Origin: an uncultured bacterium
GTDB taxonomy: Bacteria; Actinomycetota; Actinomycetes; S36-B12
Length of the DNA stretch: 61,149 nucleotides
Direction: 5' to 3'
Assembly (NCBI GenBank): GCA_903850745.1
Contig: CAINMH010000010.1
Span: 1 to 61,149, forward strand
Shown piece by piece: positions 58,302 through 61,149 of this stretch. The notes below the pieces were generated by a model. That model was not told the DNA's origin. It did no database searches and saw only the letters and a list, made by a program, of their open reading frames with translations. Both the position numbers and the translations under genes were made by a program. Positions within the stretch are counted from its first letter, which is position 1. Each line of letters begins with the position of its first letter.

Positions 58302-59852
58302 CTACCCTATCCCACTCGTGCGCAACAGCCGCCTGAGGATCTTGCCCGAGGCCGACTTAGGGATCGACTCCACAAACTCCACCTGACGCACTCGCTTATA
58401 CGCCGTGACCCGCCCGGAGATATATGACTCAACGTCCTGGCTCGACATGGCCCCAGGTTCGCGCAGCACGACGAAAGCCTTGGGAATCTCTCCCGACTCC
58501 TCGTCTGGAACCCCGATGACTGCCGCGTCTGCGATGGACTGGTGCGCAAGCAGGAGGGCTTCCAACTCCGCAGGAGCCACCTGGAATCCCTTGACTTTGA
58601 TGAGCTCCTTGAGGCGATCCACCACAGTCATGTAGCCAGCTTCATCAACGATCGAGATGTCACCCGTACGAAGCCAGCCATCCGGCGTGATCATGTCTGC
58701 GGTCGCCTCGGCGTTGTTGAGATAGCCCAGCATCACCTGCGGCCCACGGACCCACATTTCCCCGGGCTCCCCGGCTGGGCAGTCAACGCCCGTTTCGACA
58801 TCAACAATGCGGCACTCAGTATTCGGTGCGAGACGACCTGAACTGCCGTAGCAAACATCCCCCACCTCGGCTACGTGCGAGACGGGCGACAACTCTGTCA
58901 TGCCGTATCCCTGACCAATGGGGCATCCCACTCGCGACTCCGCCTCTTGTGTGATCTCCGCTCCCATCGGCGCCGCTCCAGACATGATGTGGCGCAAGGA
59001 CGAGAGGTCATAGTTGTCGACGATCGGATGTTTCGCAAGCGCCAAAACTATTGGCGGCACAACGAATAGCCGTGTGATGCGCTGCGTCTGAATGAGGTCG
59101 AGTACCTTGACCAGATCGAATCGTGGGAGCGTCACGACTTCAACGCAATACGCAAGCAGCGCATTCATCAGCACCTGCATGCCATAAATGTGAAAGAAGG
59201 GCATAAATGCGATTGCCGACTCATCGTCTTCGAACGCAAGCACCCCCTGCGTCTGCAAAAGATTTGCTACCAAATTGCGATGTGACAACATCACGCCCTT
59301 GGGAAGCCCCGTCGTTCCCGACGAGTACGGCAGCACGACGACGTGCGTCGCTACATCGATCGGAACTTGGGCAATAGGTTCTGCATCAAGCGACGCCAGC
59401 GATCGCGCACTGCCTATGCCCTCCCCCATGGTGACAACTTGCTCAACGTCGGTGCCGGAGATAGCTTCCTGCAACACCGGCAGCGCTGCATCTACACAAA
59501 TAGCCCACGTCGCGCGGGAATCAATGAGCTGGAACCGCACCTCTTCGGGTGTGTATGTCGGATTCACCGTGGTCAGCGTGGCCCCGGCAACAGCTACCGC
59601 GTGGAACACCACGGCATAGTCCGGGCAATTCGACGCCATAAGCGCAACGACCGCACCTGGACCTACGCCTTCGGCCGCGAGTGCACCTGCCAGTCGGTGA
59701 ATGCGGTCCCGCAATGCCGCATAGGTGTATGACGTGCCGTCAAGCCCATCACAGATAGCAATCCTGTCGGGTGTGAGATCTGCATAGCGAAGGACAAATT
59801 CGGTAATGGGAACATCGGGGATGTCCACGTCCGGCAACGGGCTGCGCATCAT
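58302..59852 (-). CDS. AMP-dependent acyl/aryl-CoA ligase (4-coumarate-CoA ligase / FadD-like)
   Basis: AMP-binding motif LPYSSGTTGLPKGV, followed by GYGMTE, TGD and a C-terminal SGKILRR. The start was set at ATG 59852 after GGGAGAG; the track ORF starts at 59897. Confidence 0.88.
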   Translation of the reverse strand: MMRSPLPDVDIPDVPITEFVLRYADLTPDRIAICDGLDGTSYTYAALRDRIHRLAGALAAEGVGPGAVVALMASNCPDYAVVFHAVAVAGATLTTVNPTYTPEEVRFQLIDSRATWAICVDAALPVLQEAISGTDVEQVVTMGEGIGSARSLASLDAEPIAQVPIDVATHVVVLPYSSGTTGLPKGVMLSHRNLVANLLQTQGVLAFEDDESAIAFMPFFHIYGMQVLMNALLAYCVEVVTLPRFDLVKVLDLIQTQRITRLFVVPPIVLALAKHPIVDNYDLSSLRHIMSGAAPMGAEITQEAESRVGCPIGQGYGMTELSPVSHVAEVGDVCYGSSGRLAPNTECRIVDVETGVDCPAGEPGEMWVRGPQVMLGYLNNAEATADMITPDGWLRTGDISIVDEAGYMTVVDRLKELIKVKGFQVAPAELEALLLAHQSIADAAVIGVPDEESGEIPKAFVVLREPGAMSSQDVESYISGRVTAYKRVRQVEFVESIPKSASGKILRRLLRTSGIG

Positions 59853-60150
59853 GCAGAAACTCTCCCACGGCATGAGATCCTCCGCACCTAGGTACACGAA
59901 TCTAGGTCGCCATTGAGGTCTGATCTGTGGATAGTGCTGTGGACAGGAGATACGGAGAAACCTGCGAAAACATTGAAGAATTTGTGAATTTGGGCTTGCA
60001 ATTCTCAGAGCCTCGATTTAGTATTTCGTCATCACTTCGGGTCATTCGATTGCACTACTAGTAAGTCAGAGTGCATCGCACCGAGGATGAGTGCGGTAGA
60101 GCAGGCATAGGCCCTGACGAATCCTTTTCCTTTCATGGAGGACTCGTTTC

Positions 60151-61149
60151 ATGGAGAATGTCGCTCGACTTCACGATGCACGGCGCGCTGCTCTTGCAGC
60201 TATCGCCGAGCTGGTTGATGCGGCCTCTGGTCTCCCCCTGGCCCTTGCCACCGACGACGAGATCGCTGAGACGCTCCTCGATCTCGTCGACATCCGGCGC
60301 CGCACCGAAGCCGCACTCGGCGATGTTGCCGCGCGATTCAAGGGCACAACCGTATGGTCTGCAGGTGGGTTTCGTAGTGCCCGCGACTGGCTGGGCGCTC
60401 ACACCAATGAAGGTCCGGGCCTGGCAATGCGCCCCTTCGAAACTGGTCTCCTTCTCCGCCATCACCCCCACATGGCTGCAGCCCTGCGCCGTGGGGAGAT
60501 CACCCGAGTTCACGTGCAGGCACTAGCCGACGCTCATCGCCTATACCCCCGGCTTGCCGCATCCCTCGACAGCATCGAGTCCGAGCTCGTCGAACATGCC
60601 ACACACCTCACTCCGCAACGGTTTCGCTCAATCTTGCTCGAGCGGCTGAAGACGATTGACCCTGACGCCGTGGACGAGGCCGATGCCATCAAGCGCCGCG
60701 ATTCAGTCGGCTTGCACGCGACCGCTCTGCTCGATGGCTTCGTTCGTGTCGATGGCCTACTCGACCCAGAAACCGGGCAACAGTTCCTCAACCTGCTCGC
60801 ATCAGCACGCGACAAGGCACGGCAGCGTGCGGATGTCGCTTCAAAGATCGCCTGCACATGTGGCGACGGAGCAACGTGCACTTCGCCAGCGCACGCCTTC
60901 GTTAACGGCATGAAACTCAACGACAATCCCGCTGACGTCCCCGACGAGGCCCAACCGCGACTGTCTTCCCGCAACGTTGAAGCTTTCCGCTTGATTCTCG
61001 ATGCGGCGTCAGCCGCCACCGATGACTTCAGACTGCCCGACGTCGGTGGAGAACGCCCAGTCGTGCACATCACCATCGACTCCGAGACTCTGACTGGTGG
61101 CAATAACTCTGCCGCATGGATCCAGTCACTCACGGGCATCATGGTCACC
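60151..61149 (+). CDS. DUF222-type protein (N-terminal region of the HNH-endonuclease-associated, 13E12-repeat-like family); 3' end beyond the window
   Basis: Not in the supplied track because it runs off the edge. My translation from ATG 60151 has no stop through 61149: MENVARLHDARRAALAAIAELVDAASGLPLALATDDEIAETLLDLVDIRRRTEAALGDVAARF...AHTNEGPGLAMRPFETGLLLRHHPHMAAALRRGEITRVHVQALA. This pattern matches DUF222 proteins as I recall them. Confidence 0.75.
   Translation, partial: MENVARLHDARRAALAAIAELVDAASGLPLALATDDEIAETLLDLVDIRRRTEAALGDVAARFKGTTVWSAGGFRSARDWLGAHTNEGPGLAMRPFETGLLLRHHPHMAAALRRGEITRVHVQALADAHRLYPRLAASLDSIESELVEHATHLTPQRFRSILLERLKTIDPDAVDEADAIKRRDSVGLHATALLDGFVRVDGLLDPETGQQFLNLLASARDKARQRADVASKIACTCGDGATCTSPAHAFVNGMKLNDNPADVPDEAQPRLSSRNVEAFRLILDAASAATDDFRLPDVGGERPVVHITIDSETLTGGNNSAAWIQSLTGIMVT

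Noticed and set aside
60071-61148. Track ORFs 60071-60526 (+) and 60534-61148 (-) at the right edge
   Set aside because: A third frame (plus strand from ATG 60151) is open to the window end and gives a coherent DUF222-like protein. The two listed ORFs are off-frame or antisense products with Ser/Arg/Cys-rich composition.

Overview
A compact, roughly 60% G+C chromosomal segment with clear actinobacterial content: about 68 protein genes and 2 tRNAs in 61 kb. Most of it is core housekeeping in conserved synteny. This includes secD-yajC-ruvBAC, yebC-pdxTS, the PI/PIM lipid operon pgsA-patA-pimA, dxs, aconitase and asnB. It also includes an APC permease with two trkA genes, the dut neighbourhood of DUF genes, sepH, a ParC-like topoisomerase subunit, purU and a DEAD-box helicase. 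Genes are often translationally coupled through ATGA or GTGA overlaps, and several convergent pairs share palindromic stop codons.

I see no CRISPR array, rRNA, integrase, transposase or recognisable defence system. Two real CDSs run off the window edges and are absent from the supplied ORF track: secD on the left and a DUF222 protein on the right.

I did not find an unambiguous novel system. The best candidates are:
- a lower-GC patch next to tRNA-Leu, where a PlsC-type acyltransferase is coupled to a truncated GluRS paralogue;
- a two-subunit molybdenum hydroxylase plus amidohydrolase module;
- the permease and two-TrkA locus;
- tightly coupled operons of unknown function around dut.

All start codons were refined by hand and all family names come from motif recall, not from searches.
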